Of a DNA stretch of 64,000 nt, positions 18,314 to 28,795 are shown piece after piece. A model generated the notes under the pieces. That model was not told the origin of the DNA, searched no databases, and saw nothing but the letters and a program-made list of their open reading frames with translations. The DNA is from an uncultured Desulfobacter sp. (lineage in GTDB: Bacteria > Desulfobacterota > Desulfobacteria > Desulfobacterales > Desulfobacteraceae): contig OY762069.1 in assembly GCA_963665095.1 (NCBI GenBank), forward strand, positions 736,001 to 800,000, given 5' to 3'. Within the stretch, counting starts at the first letter, position 1; each line of letters begins with the position of its first letter. The translations under genes and the position numbers were made by a program.

Positions 18314-21300
18314 TTATGCGTTTAAAATGGCGTCCACCTGGGCACGCAGCTGGCCGTTGGTAAATCCGTTCACCTGAACACCCTCCTTGGGGCAGGTGGC
18401 GGCACACAGTCCACAGCCTTTGCAAAGCGCTTCCTGAACTTCTATACGGCGGTGTTGTTTACCGTCTTTGGCGGTGTAGGAAATAAGGGAGATGGCATTG
18501 AAGGGGCAGATATCCACACACAGGGCACAGCCGTCACAGTTATGGGTCACACTGGATTTGATGGCATCAAGCTTCAGGGTCTTCTGGGAGAGAATCACAG
18601 AGGCCCTGGATGCAGCGGCACGGCCCTGGGCAATGGCTTCGTCAATGGGTTTGGGATAATGGCACATGCCGGCCAAAAACACCCCGTCCACGGTGGAATC
18701 CACCGGCCGAAGTTTGGGATGCGCTTCCATGAGAAAGCCGTCAGCGTTTACAGAACATTTGAACATCTCCACAAAAGAGTCTGCCTTGCTCGGGGCAATG
18801 GCTGTGGCCAGGAATAGGGCATCCACCGAAATCTCAACAGGCATCTGAAGAACCGGATCCAGGGTTTGAACCACCAGATCGCCGTCGTCATTGCGGACCA
18901 CGGGTTTGTTGTCCCGGGTGTACCGGATAAAAATGACTCCGAGGTTTCTGGCTTCCCGGTAGAGATCTTCCTTGTCCGCATAGGTGCGGATATCCCTGTA
19001 GAGGATGAAGATGTCCATGTCCGGTTTGCTTTTTTTCAGGCGGACCGCTTTTTTAATGGAGTGGGTGCAGCAGACCCTTGAGCAGTAAGGGTGATTTTCA
19101 TCCCTTGAGCCCACGCACTGGATAAAGGCGACGGATTCAAGGCTGTCCGGATATGCGGGATCCTTTTGGGTCCGGGCATTAAAATCCATCAGGGTCATGA
19201 CGCGCGGGTCTTGTCCATAAAGGTATTCGTTTACTTTTGTCTCGTTGGCGCCTGTGGCAATGATGCAGGTGCCGAACTCAATGTCCCGGGTCTGGCCGCT
19301 GGTGGTCAACTCCCCTGTGAAACTTCCCACAAAGCCGGAAACACCGGTCAGCGTGGTGTCGGTCAGGACCTCAATGCGCTCATGGGTCTCAACGTCATTG
19401 ATCAGCTCCGTAAGGTTGGCCTGAACATCTTCACCTTTCCAGGTGAGCAGCAGGGTATTGGCCCGCCCGCCAAGACGCACCTCTTTTTCAATCAGGATCG
19501 TATCATATCCCTGGTTGGCCATGTTTTTGGCTGCACTCATGCCCGAAAACCCCCCTCCGATGATCAGGGCTTTGGGCGTGATATTGACCTTTATGTCCTG
19601 TAAGGGGAAGTTCCGGGTGACCTTGGCCACGGCCATCCTGACCTGGTCCTTTGCCTTGGAGGTCGCTTTTTCCGGTTCATGGGGATGCACCCAGGCATTC
19701 ATGTTCCGGATATTGGCCATCTCCACCATGTATTTGTTGAGACCGGTGCTCTGCAGGGTCTCCTGGAACAGCGGTTCATGGGTTCTCGGAGTACAGGCCG
19801 CCACCACCACGGCGTTCAGGTTCTGTTCTTTAATGGATTGGGCAATGAGATCCTGGGTGTCTGCGGAACAGGTGAACATGTTGTTCTCCACATAGACTAC
19901 GTGGGGCAGGGTGGCAGAATACTCAGCCAGGGCCTTTACATCCACAACAGCGGCAATATTGGTACCGCAGGAGCAGACAAATACGCCGATGCGTCTTTCC
20001 TGACCTGAAATATCAAATTCCTCCACAAATTTCTTTTCAATGGTCTGGGTGTTGCGGGCGGGGGCAAGGGCTGCCTTGGCGCGGGCTGCAGCCGTTGAAG
20101 CAACCGCCACGGACTGAGGAATCGCCTTGGGACTCTGGAAACTGCCGGTGACAAAAATGCCCGGCCGGGAGCTCACAGAGGGAGAAAAACTGCTGGTTTT
20201 GGCAAATCCGTAATGATCCAGCTCTATACCGCAGGCACCGGCCAGATCAAAGGTGCTTTTGGGGTTTACCAGGCCTACGGAGAGGACCACCATGTCAAAA
20301 AAGCTTTCCTGGTTGTGGCCTTTTTCATCCACCCAGAGCATGGTGACGCCATGGCCGTCAGGGCCTGGCAATAGCGTGTGGGGGCGGGATTTGATGAAGT
20401 TGACCCCGGTGGCGATGGCCTTTTCATAATAGCGCTCATACTCTTTGCCGTGGGAGCGGATGTCCATGTAAAAGATGCTCTGCTCGCCTTGGCCGTCAGC
20501 CATGTGAGACCGGGTCATGACAGCCTGCTTGATGGCATACATGCAGCAGACACTGGAGCAGTATCCGTTGTCTATGCTGTTGGTGTTTCTGGAGCCCACG
20601 CACTGGATCCAGGCAATTTTTTGGGGCTCTTCATTGTTGGACGCTTTCTGCAGGTGGCCTGCCCAGGGGCCGGAGGCAGAGAGCATCCGTTCATATTCGA
20701 GACTTGTCACCACATCTTTGATGGTGTCATACCCGTAGTAGTCAATGCCTTTGGGGGAGAAGGCCTTGAAACCAGGGGCCAGGATCAGGGCGCCGACATT
20801 AAGTTCGAGCTGTTGGGGCTTCATGTCGTGATTGATGGCACCGGTGGGACAGACCTTGGCACAGATGCCGCATTTCCCCTTGGTAAGATAGATGCAGTTG
20901 TCCGGATCAATGGCATATTTCAAAGGAACGGTCTGGCCGTATTTGATATAGGCGGCTTTTCTTTTGTTCAATCCGGCATTGTACTCATCATCCACCTTTT
21001 TGGGACATTTTTCCGCACACAGGCCACAGGCAATACATTTATCTTCATCAACAAATCTGGGGCTTTTTTTGACTTTAACCGTAAAATCACCAATTTCACC
21101 ATTAACTTCCGTCACTTCAGACAGGGTTAATATTTCGATATTTAAGTGCCGACCGCACTCAACCAGTTTGGGTGAGATGATTCACATGGCGCAGTCATTG
21201 GTGGGAAAGGTCTTGTCCAGCTGGGACATGGCTCCCCCAATACCTGCGGTCTTTTCTACAAGATACACATAAAAACCTGCGTCTGCTGCATCCAGCGCTG

Positions 21301-21361
21301 CCTGAATTCCGGCAATGCCGCCGCCTGCAACAAGTACAGATCCTTTGGGTTGCTTACTCAT
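18314..21361 (-). CDS. hdrA: Large double-module heterodisulfide reductase subunit A, selenoprotein (Sec60), 1015 aa
   Basis: GGGIAG FAD motif, [21 protein letters not shown] across TGA 21182-21184 in frame with 18314-21115; two IQCVGSR..YCS.VCC modules; several 4Fe-4S motifs; GAGGTG RBS. Confidence 0.92.
21142..21162 (-). promoter_or_regulatory. SECIS-like hairpin of hdrA
   Basis: UUGAGUGC-GGUCG-GCACUUAA at +20..+40 after UGA. Confidence 0.65.
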
Positions 21362-21391
21362 AAACACCTCGTACAATAAAACGTTGAAAGA

Positions 21392-21913
21392 TTATAAATT
21401 AAAAGCAATACGGCTTTTTAATTTCTTAATAACCAGAGCTGCGGCAACATCCACAGCCTCCTTGGCTGCCGGGCACAGGCCCGGGCTGATCTGATCAGGG
21501 ATGCTTTGGGTATTCATTGCTATCACCTCCACTTTGGTCCCGCGTTCTGCAAGCTGGGAAAGAAGATTGGAAGAGGGGCACTGGTGCAGCGAAAAATCAG
21601 CCATCTTTTTTTTCGGCACTTCGGTGATATCAATGGTGAACACTTCGCCATGTTCACGATCCGGTACGGTAACAGCATCAATTACAAGAAGAAGTTCAGG
21701 CGGGGTATCCATGAGCAGCAGATCAAACATCAGATCGCGGATGCCGGTGCCGGCATCAATCACCAGCACGGAATCCGGCAATGCATCTTCGGCCTGGATG
21801 GCATACACCACCTCAGGACCGAAACCGTCATTGCCAAACAGGGTGTTGCCACAGCCAAACACCAGATATTTTTTTTGGTAAACTTCGCAGGACACGGCGT
21901 TAATCCCTTTCAT
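21392..21913 (-). CDS. Hydrogenase maturation protease (HycI/FrhD-like)
   Basis: GCGNTLFGNDGFG, IDAGT, VIDA, SLH motifs; first gene of the operon. Confidence 0.9.
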   Translation of the reverse strand: MKGINAVSCEVYQKKYLVFGCGNTLFGNDGFGPEVVYAIQAEDALPDSVLVIDAGTGIRDLMFDLLLMDTPPELLLVIDAVTVPDREHGEVFTIDITEVPKKKMADFSLHQCPSSNLLSQLAERGTKVEVIAMNTQSIPDQISPGLCPAAKEAVDVAAALVIKKLKSRIAFNL

Positions 21914-22173
21914 TCAAAAAACTACTAAATTGTGGCATAAATTATTAAAAAGCATTTAATAATTTAACATCAATTTTTTTTAATAAAAATGATGTCATTA
22001 ACAGAAAAAAAAGGGGGTGTCAATAAGCCAAAAATAACGTTGTCATTTTTAATGTGATTCTTTCATATATATAAACATCTGTAAATATAATATATTACAG
22101 ATTGTGTATATTGTAAATGTCAATAGTGTGAAAAAAGTGTATTAAAAATGTAAATTTTTAACTTTGATGCGTG

Positions 22174-22214
22174 ATTTAAATTATTGATCAATTATTTTGA
22201 TCAATAATTTAAAT
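22174..22214. repeat. Perfect 18-bp inverted repeat, 5-nt spacer
   Basis: ATTTAAATTATTGATCAA-ttatt-TTGATCAATAATTTAAAT. Confidence 0.85.
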
Positions 22215-22259
22215 TAAATTCTCATTTTGGAAAGAATTATCAAAACACCGGAATCTTTA

Positions 22260-22288
22260 TTGACAGCCACATTTAGAAATGATAGTTT
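22260..22288 (+). promoter_or_regulatory. Sigma70 promoter of tRNA-Pro
   Basis: TTGACA-17 nt-TAGTTT with extended TG, 18 nt before the tRNA. Confidence 0.55.
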
Positions 22289-22305
22289 CCCTGACGTTGT
22301 TTTTA

Positions 22306-22383
<78 letters not shown>

Positions 22384-22395
22384 TAATTAAAAATC

Positions 22396-22432
22396 AAGGC
22401 TTTCAGCGATTTTGCTGAAAGCCTTTTTTTTT
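22396..22432 (+). terminator. Intrinsic terminator after tRNA-Pro
   Basis: aaggctttcagc-gatttt-gctgaaagcctt followed by T run. Confidence 0.85.
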
Positions 22433-22767
22433 GAATAAACGGAAGTGGGGACCAAATTGGGGCCTACTTATGATGGCCCTTGGGGATGAGGTGTCAGAAA
22501 TCTTTCCGGAGGCAAGGAATCCTGCATCAATTAATCAGCCGTAAAAAAGTCAAAAAGATGCAAAAGCAGTCAAGTGCCTTTTGTTGTCATTTGTTATTCA
22601 ATGTGATGTTATCTGAGCGGCTGCTTTTTGATCCTGCTTCAGCAGGCCGTAGAAAATACACAGCAGGCGTGCCTGTGGTCGGTAGATGGTTTGATATTCG
22701 GCAAAAAGCTGATCAACTTGCCGTATGAAGCAGTTGTTTGATATTTGCTCTTTGGAAAATTGTAATA

Positions 22768-24015
22768 TTAGCCCACCAGTTGATTAATTTCAAAGATGGG
22801 CAAACACACAGCAAGAATGATAAAGCCGATCACCACGCCCATTAAAAGGATGATCAGTGGCTCAATGATGGAAGTGGCGGCTGTAATGGCTGTTTGAACA
22901 TTACGTTCAAACAGCTCTGCAGATTTTTCAAGCATTTTTTCCATCTCGCCACTTTTTTCCCCCACTTTGATCATCTGAGATGCCAGGTTTGGAAATGCCG
23001 GGCTTTTTTCCAGGACACTGCCGAGACTGCCGCCTTGTTCAACTGTCTGGGACGCTTTTTCGATCAGGTCTGCAATTATCCGGTTACCTGAAATGGTTCG
23101 GGTGATGCCAAGGCTGGTCAGTAAGGGTACCCCGTTGTCAAGCAGAGAGCCAAGGGTTCTGGTAAAACGTGCTGCAATAAGTTGCTGAATCAGAGAGCCT
23201 GCAACGGGCATGGATAAAATCAGCCGGTCAATGACCCGGCCGCCTGTTTCGGTTTTACGGATCCCATACAGCCCGAAAAATCCTGCAAGGGGTGTTGGGA
23301 GGATCAGCCACCACCACACTTTGATGAAACCGCTGACCCCAAGAAGAATCTGGGTAGGCATGGGCAGGTCGTGGTTCATATCTGTAAAAATTTTTGTGAT
23401 GTTGGGTACGATGAAAATTAACAGGAATAAAAGGACTAAAAAGCCGATGACAGCCATGAACATCGGATAGGCCAGTGATGCCTGAATTTTTTTTCTGGTA
23501 TCCTCTTTTTTTTCACTGAAATCCGCCAGTCGTTCCAGCACAATTTCCAGGGTGCCTGATGCTTCCCCGGCTTTAACCATGTTGATATATACCGGAGTAA
23601 ATACCCGGGGATGGGCACTGAGCGCTTCGGCAAAACTGTTGCCCTCTTCAATGGCATCTTTGATCCGTGACAGAATGCGCTGAAATGCCTTGGTTCTGGC
23701 CTGCGGAACAAGGGTGGCGACTGCTTTGAGCAAAGGAAAGCCAGCAGACAGAAGGGTGGCCAGCTGGCGGGTAATCATGGATATTTCAGAGGATTTGACT
23801 GGAGCGAAAAGGACCGGCAGATGAAAGAATTGCTTCTTATCAGTTCCGGTTTTATTTATTCTGCGGCCGGCGCCTGATTCAAGGCGGGTGATTGATGTGG
23901 GAAAAATTCCTCTTAGTTTCAGGTCTTCCTGGGCGGAGTCAGGACTGTCGGCATCAATGATGCCGGTAGTTTTTTTCCCTGAGGAACTCAGCCCGTTATA
24001 CTCAAAAACAGCCAT
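22768..24015 (-). CDS. gspF: Type II secretion inner membrane protein F (GspF/PilC family)
   Basis: RQLATLLSAG, GEASGTL, LAYP, GEKSGE, IEP motifs. Confidence 0.9.
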   Translation of the reverse strand: MAVFEYNGLSSSGKKTTGIIDADSPDSAQEDLKLRGIFPTSITRLESGAGRRINKTGTDKKQFFHLPVLFAPVKSSEISMITRQLATLLSAGFPLLKAVATLVPQARTKAFQRILSRIKDAIEEGNSFAEALSAHPRVFTPVYINMVKAGEASGTLEIVLERLADFSEKKEDTRKKIQASLAYPMFMAVIGFLVLLFLLIFIVPNITKIFTDMNHDLPMPTQILLGVSGFIKVWWWLILPTPLAGFFGLYGIRKTETGGRVIDRLILSMPVAGSLIQQLIAARFTRTLGSLLDNGVPLLTSLGITRTISGNRIIADLIEKASQTVEQGGSLGSVLEKSPAFPNLASQMIKVGEKSGEMEKMLEKSAELFERNVQTAITAATSIIEPLIILLMGVVIGFIILAVCLPIFEINQLVG

Positions 24016-24195
24016 ATGACATTGTGGTCCTTTTCAAATCAGTGTCAGGTGTTTTACATTTTATTATTGAATATTTTTAATCATGTTAGAAACATGATCA
24101 CAGGGATATTGGGAAATAAATAAAAAGTGACATTTAATGATGTCCATGCTCACTATAAAAAATATAAAAATCATAATTACTGCCTGGTATATTTA

Positions 24196-24378
24196 ATGTC
24201 AAACCTGCCGTCAGCGCATCTGAAATCTCCTGATTTGAAATTATGATAACCAAGGCACTGATTCTTATTTTCGGGTATGATGTATTGCTTGGCGAACTTC
24301 GGGATGACGACAGATTATTGAATATTCGGTTTTTATACGGTCTTTTCCATTGCTGCCGTCAGGGGATTCATGGTTTAA
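24196..24378 (+). pseudogene. Possible C-terminal remnant of MraY/WecA-family glycosyltransferase
   Basis: Frameshifted SNLPSAHLKSPDLKL / ITKALILIFGYDVLLGELR / IAAVRGFMV*, recalled as resembling the deltaproteobacterial WecA C-terminal extension. Confidence 0.35.
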
Positions 24379-24385
24379 ATATTAT

Positions 24386-26131
24386 CTAAATCCCTGCCAG
24401 GCGCTGATCATACATGGACCCGACACCGTATTCATCTCTACGCATGAATTTGTCAACAGAGGGGCCTATAAGCTGCATTTCCGGATTTTTTTTCTGGACA
24501 TCCTGGGCAATACGCATCTCCTTGGTGCAGCCAGTAGAATAGGTGGCATCCTTACCGATCCACTCCGGTGGTACCTTCTCTCCCATGATTGTAAAGCTGT
24601 CTGCAATGTCCTCAGAAGTCTGGAAGCGCCAGATATCAATGTAGCCGCTTCTTTGAACAATCTCCCACATGTACATCAGATCGTCGGCGTCCATCCCAGG
24701 TTCATAATACCGGGAGGGATTAATAATGAAAAGGTTGGAATACTGCTTGTTCAGATGATCAATAAAGCAGCTCATAATTTTTTTTGCCACATCAATTTTA
24801 CCGGGTATGGACCCGATAATTCCCGAGTAGAACATGACTGTCATCTGTCTCTCTTTTGCCAGCTTCATCTGTTCGATGATTTTATCCGCCTTTTTTTCAA
24901 GGTCTGTGTGACTGAAAATAATAAATTCCGGGTGTCTTGGTTTGAATAGAATTTCCAGCTTATTGTCCTCACTGCAGATATTTATAACATCCCTTGTGAA
25001 ACGGAAATGGGTGTTTATCAGTCTGTTTTTTTGCTCCGGTCCCCTGGATACTATACAGTCCACCTCCTTGAATACCCTTGAAAAGGTGGTGGAGACCAGA
25101 AGGAGGTTTAAATTTTCCTGGGTACCGTCTGAAATGATATAGAGATGTTCGTCCTGTTTGAGCTGTTGGACCAGTTTATTTTTACCGATGGCCTTTTCAT
25201 GTATGAAATGAACCTGGTCAAGGGCCTGGGCCAGCACAGGGTCGGTCCGGGTGTCAGTCAGACAGACTTTTTTAAAAAAAGGGGCATCCTTGACGGCCAG
25301 AATGACAACATGGCCCAGATCGGCAAGAAATCTGGCAATGGCAATATCCGCCACAGCTTCTCCGGATTCATCCATGAGCCACAGAATTTTGGACTTGGGC
25401 GTATTGATAAGTTCCATCAGGCGGTCAATACCGTTGCCGGACAGCCGGGTATTAAAAATGCCCTTTATGGCGGACAGGGAAGGTACTTTAAAATTTTCAT
25501 CCTTCCACAGATTAGGTACGGCCAGAAGGGAGAGCCTGCGGGAGAACTCGATCTCATTAATTTTATTTTTCAGCTCCCCAAGGTTTAATTTTTTTTGTGT
25601 ATTCAACTCGCCATTAATTTCATTCAATGCTTTTTTAAAGGCGTCTGACGCCATGAACCTCATTGCCCTGGCATTTTCTTTTCTTTTCTGACTTTCATAG
25701 GGGTCTTCAATATGGGTGCGGCTTAAAAAGATTTTATAAAGCCGTTTTTCAAGCCGTGAGGGGATAAGCAGCCGGCTTTGAATTTCATTTTCGTATTTTC
25801 TTTTTATCAGGGAGAATAAAAATTTCCGGTCATATTCGGAGATGATAATCTCATCTACAAGTGTCAGAATGTTATCCAGTACCTCACGGTAGCGGTTGCA
25901 TAGAAACCTTGCCTTTTTTCGGGACATGATGGCAGAAAACATGGCGTCGGAACAGGGATAAAATCGTTCTTCATTTTCCGGGTATACCATGAACTCAATC
26001 TGTTCCCGGGGACCGACTTTATACGGATAGGCAAAGGGATCAATGTGGTTTTCAAGGAAGAATGCCGTAAACCAGGCCCGCTGGTCCGGTTCAGTTTCGA
26101 TGTGGTTAAAGTCAGCTTCACAGAATGCCAT
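24386..26131 (-). CDS. ARMT1/DUF89-like protein with extra C-terminal domain
   Basis: WLMDESGEAVAD, ILAVK, ISDGT like DUF89; GGAGA RBS before ATG 26131; ORF-track start 26362 overlaps the divergent gene. Confidence 0.7.
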   Translation of the reverse strand: MAFCEADFNHIETEPDQRAWFTAFFLENHIDPFAYPYKVGPREQIEFMVYPENEERFYPCSDAMFSAIMSRKKARFLCNRYREVLDNILTLVDEIIISEYDRKFLFSLIKRKYENEIQSRLLIPSRLEKRLYKIFLSRTHIEDPYESQKRKENARAMRFMASDAFKKALNEINGELNTQKKLNLGELKNKINEIEFSRRLSLLAVPNLWKDENFKVPSLSAIKGIFNTRLSGNGIDRLMELINTPKSKILWLMDESGEAVADIAIARFLADLGHVVILAVKDAPFFKKVCLTDTRTDPVLAQALDQVHFIHEKAIGKNKLVQQLKQDEHLYIISDGTQENLNLLLVSTTFSRVFKEVDCIVSRGPEQKNRLINTHFRFTRDVINICSEDNKLEILFKPRHPEFIIFSHTDLEKKADKIIEQMKLAKERQMTVMFYSGIIGSIPGKIDVAKKIMSCFIDHLNKQYSNLFIINPSRYYEPGMDADDLMYMWEIVQRSGYIDIWRFQTSEDIADSFTIMGEKVPPEWIGKDATYSTGCTKEMRIAQDVQKKNPEMQLIGPSVDKFMRRDEYGVGSMYDQRLAGI

Positions 26132-26312
26132 AATTTCTCCTTGCAATTTAAATCGATACAAAGAACAATAACGTGAGGTTTTCTTCCATAACCGCTGCCA
26201 GAACCCAGCACAGCCTTTTGTAACCGACGTCTGGATACTATCATGGTCCAGGTTGTTTTTCAAACTGTACCGGGGTATTGGTCTGATGTTAATCCTTTCG
26301 GGATATGAGTGC

Positions 26313-26951
26313 ATGAATAAAAAACAGGGACTTGTTATTCTCGGGCTGCCTGAAAATGCCACCCGTGCCCAAGCTAAAGCCTCATTCCGCAGGCTGGCAA
26401 AGGCATATCATCCTGATCGGTGGGTTAACAATCCCTTAAAAGCCAGGGCAGCAGAGGAAAGTATGAAGCAGATCAATGCCGCGTTCCGTCTGGTACTGCC
26501 ATTGCTGCCTGAAGAAGACGTTTCGGTGTCTGAAAGTGCATCCTCTAAACCAGTTCAGGGCCCGTTTGTCTCCCGGCGTTGTGAAGATAAGGAATCTCCT
26601 GGTTTTTTTTCGTTACTGTCTGCAGGCTGGAAAAAAAGGTTTACCCGGAAAAACCGGCAACAGCCCTTTTCATCAGGTCAGAACAGGCCTGGAAAAACAG
26701 GGGCCGGCTTTTCAGTGAGGCCCGCCGGCAGACCGGGGTTTGATACGTTTTTGAAAAATGTATGTGCAGAAAAGCCCTTGTTTCATTCATCCGGACATGT
26801 ACCCAAAGCAGGTCAGCGCACACAAAGCAGCTTTCAAAATTTATGGGGGCAGCGCAAGATAAAAACAGGATTTTCGAAACGCACGGGTCCAGGTCCGGTG
26901 GAGAGAATCAGCCCAATCCAGCCGGTATCACGGGTGAAAAAAATTACCTGA
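26313..26951 (+). CDS. J-domain (DnaJ-like) protein
   Basis: ILGL...FRRLAKAYHPD...MKQINAAF; low-complexity C-terminus. Confidence 0.8.
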   Translation: MNKKQGLVILGLPENATRAQAKASFRRLAKAYHPDRWVNNPLKARAAEESMKQINAAFRLVLPLLPEEDVSVSESASSKPVQGPFVSRRCEDKESPGFFSLLSAGWKKRFTRKNRQQPFSSGQNRPGKTGAGFSVRPAGRPGFDTFLKNVCAEKPLFHSSGHVPKAGQRTQSSFQNLWGQRKIKTGFSKRTGPGPVERISPIQPVSRVKKIT

Positions 26952-26991
26952 ACCAGTCCCTGTTTTTTTAAATTTAATTTTTTCTTAGAAG

Positions 26992-27504
26992 CTAAAAGCT
27001 AATTGAAGCCAGCTCTTTCCCTGAATTTAAAGCCACAAGATGAATGCCGTTCTTATCTATAATGCCATAGGTGGCCATCTGGTTTCTCGGCAGGACAATG
27101 GAGCCTGGATTCAGCACAATGTGGGCACCGGTTTTCTCAAGTTGAGGAAGATGTGTGTGTCCCTGGATAACGATATCCGCCTGGTCAGGGATGGACGGGG
27201 ACTTATGACCGTGATGCATAAAAATGGTTTTATTAAATGCTTTAAATGCCAATTCATGTAAAAATCCTTTGCAAAATCCTTCCACATCACAGTTGCCATA
27301 AACATAGAAAAGCTCATGACCCAGTTGGGGTAGGCTCGAACGGATCTGTTCAGGGGAGAAATCGGCCTGGTCATAGCTGCCGTATCTGGTATCAAACAAA
27401 TCCCCTGCAATGGCAATGGCATCCCCGGGATCGGCCAGGGCTTTAACCGTCAACCAGCCCGAGAAGCTGCCGTGAATGTCAGAAAATACTAAAAGCCGTT
27501 CCAT
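26992..27504 (-). CDS. YfcE-like metallophosphoesterase
   Basis: SDIHG, AGD, GNCD, HGH, GHTH, NPGS. Confidence 0.9.
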   Translation of the reverse strand: MERLLVFSDIHGSFSGWLTVKALADPGDAIAIAGDLFDTRYGSYDQADFSPEQIRSSLPQLGHELFYVYGNCDVEGFCKGFLHELAFKAFNKTIFMHHGHKSPSIPDQADIVIQGHTHLPQLEKTGAHIVLNPGSIVLPRNQMATYGIIDKNGIHLVALNSGKELASISF

Positions 27505-27509
27505 GATTG

Positions 27510-28766
27510 TCAGGGCGCTGTTTCAAGTTTTTCCAAGGCCCCGATTCGTTCCGCAAGGGGCGGGTGTGAGTAGTTTAAAAATACATAAAAAGGGTGGGGG
27601 GTGAGGTTTGCCAGATTATGCGCACTTAGTTTTTTGAGCGCGGTGATTAAAGGCTCTGCCTTTTGGGTGGTTAAAGCGGCAAAGCGGTCTGCCTCATATT
27701 CATCCTTTCTTGAAAAAAACTGCATGACTATGGAGAGGACCAGGTCGACCGGGGAAAAAAGAATGCTGAAAAACACCAGCCCGGCATATACAGAGGTCTT
27801 TTCCACATGAAATACCTGAAAAAGAGTGTTCTGGGAGATGAACAGGGATAGAAGGTAAAACACAACGCCCATCTGGAAAATACCGAAAATCAGGCGTCGC
27901 TGGATATGTTTTTTCTTGAAGTGCCCCATTTCATGGGCAAGTACGGCAACCAATTCATCGGGTGCATGGTCTTTGATCAGGGTGTCAAACAGCACAATGC
28001 GTTTGTTTTTGCCAAATCCTGTAAAAAATGCATTGGATTTTGTACTTCGTTTTGAGCCGTCCATGACAAAAATCTGGGTAAGAGGGAAGTCAATGGAGCG
28101 TGCGTAGGTAAATAGTTTTTCCTTTAACTCCCCCTCTTCAAGGGGGGTAAATTTGTTGAACAGCGGCATGATCCAGGTTGGAACAATATACTGGACTGCC
28201 AGAAGAAAGGCTGTTGTGATCCCCCAGCAGATAAGCCAGGCCCAGGTGCCTGTGCTCTCCAGAAACCAGAAAATGATCGACAGTATAACCATTCCAAGAA
28301 CCAGTGATAAGGAGATGGATTTTATCAGGTCCAGAATAAAAAGCTTTGGCGTGGTTTTGTTAAAGCCGAATTTTTCTTCAATGACAAAGGTGGCATATAT
28401 GGAAAAGGGCAGGGATATGATAAATTTACAGCCTGCCAGTATACCTATGAATAAAAGCCCGCATCCAATGGAAGACCATCCCGTAGACCTGACAAAACCG
28501 TCAAGAACACCAAACCCGCCCAGAAACCAGAAGAGCAGCAGGACTGCAAGATCAATGGCCGAAGTGATATTCCCCAGGCGGGTGTTAGCTTTTAAATACT
28601 GCTGGGAACGCTGGTATCTGTCTGTGTCATAGACATCGGTAAATTTTGCCGGCAGATGTCTGGTCAAAGCGTTTATATTTAAACGATCCGCCACAAAATT
28701 CATAATAAAATCAACTATGAGCGTGGCAAGAATGATCATTATGATGGTCTGCTCGGAGATAAACAT
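27510..28766 (-). CDS. M48 (Ste24-like) zinc metallopeptidase
   Basis: NAFFTGFG, AHEMGH, EYEADRFA, YSHPPLAERI. Confidence 0.92.
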   Translation of the reverse strand: MFISEQTIIMIILATLIVDFIMNFVADRLNINALTRHLPAKFTDVYDTDRYQRSQQYLKANTRLGNITSAIDLAVLLLFWFLGGFGVLDGFVRSTGWSSIGCGLLFIGILAGCKFIISLPFSIYATFVIEEKFGFNKTTPKLFILDLIKSISLSLVLGMVILSIIFWFLESTGTWAWLICWGITTAFLLAVQYIVPTWIMPLFNKFTPLEEGELKEKLFTYARSIDFPLTQIFVMDGSKRSTKSNAFFTGFGKNKRIVLFDTLIKDHAPDELVAVLAHEMGHFKKKHIQRRLIFGIFQMGVVFYLLSLFISQNTLFQVFHVEKTSVYAGLVFFSILFSPVDLVLSIVMQFFSRKDEYEADRFAALTTQKAEPLITALKKLSAHNLANLTPHPFYVFLNYSHPPLAERIGALEKLETAP

Positions 28767-28795
28767 CTGCCGTTACCCTGTAAAGAAAATTGATG

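Noticed and set aside
20378..21130. 250-aa plus-strand ORF and similar antisense ORFs (e.g. 24350-24949, 44582-45196)
   Set aside because: Shadows of well-supported genes on the opposite strand, with no motifs
15578..21184. hdrA, mvhD and mvhA as nonsense pseudogenes
   Set aside because: All three breaks are TGA at conserved Cys positions, frames continue intact and hairpins follow; Sec recoding explains them better
22032..22070. Rex-like site ATGTGATTCTTTCATAT
   Set aside because: Half-site spacing is one base short of the Rex consensus, in very AT-rich background
22440..22728. Integrated element at tRNA-Pro (tgggg repeats, 82-aa ORF)
   Set aside because: No integrase and no duplicated tRNA 3' end found in the window; repeats too short; ORF lacks features
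26132..26362. N-terminal extension of the 658-aa ORF
   Set aside because: Overlaps the divergent J-domain gene; a good RBS precedes ATG 26131
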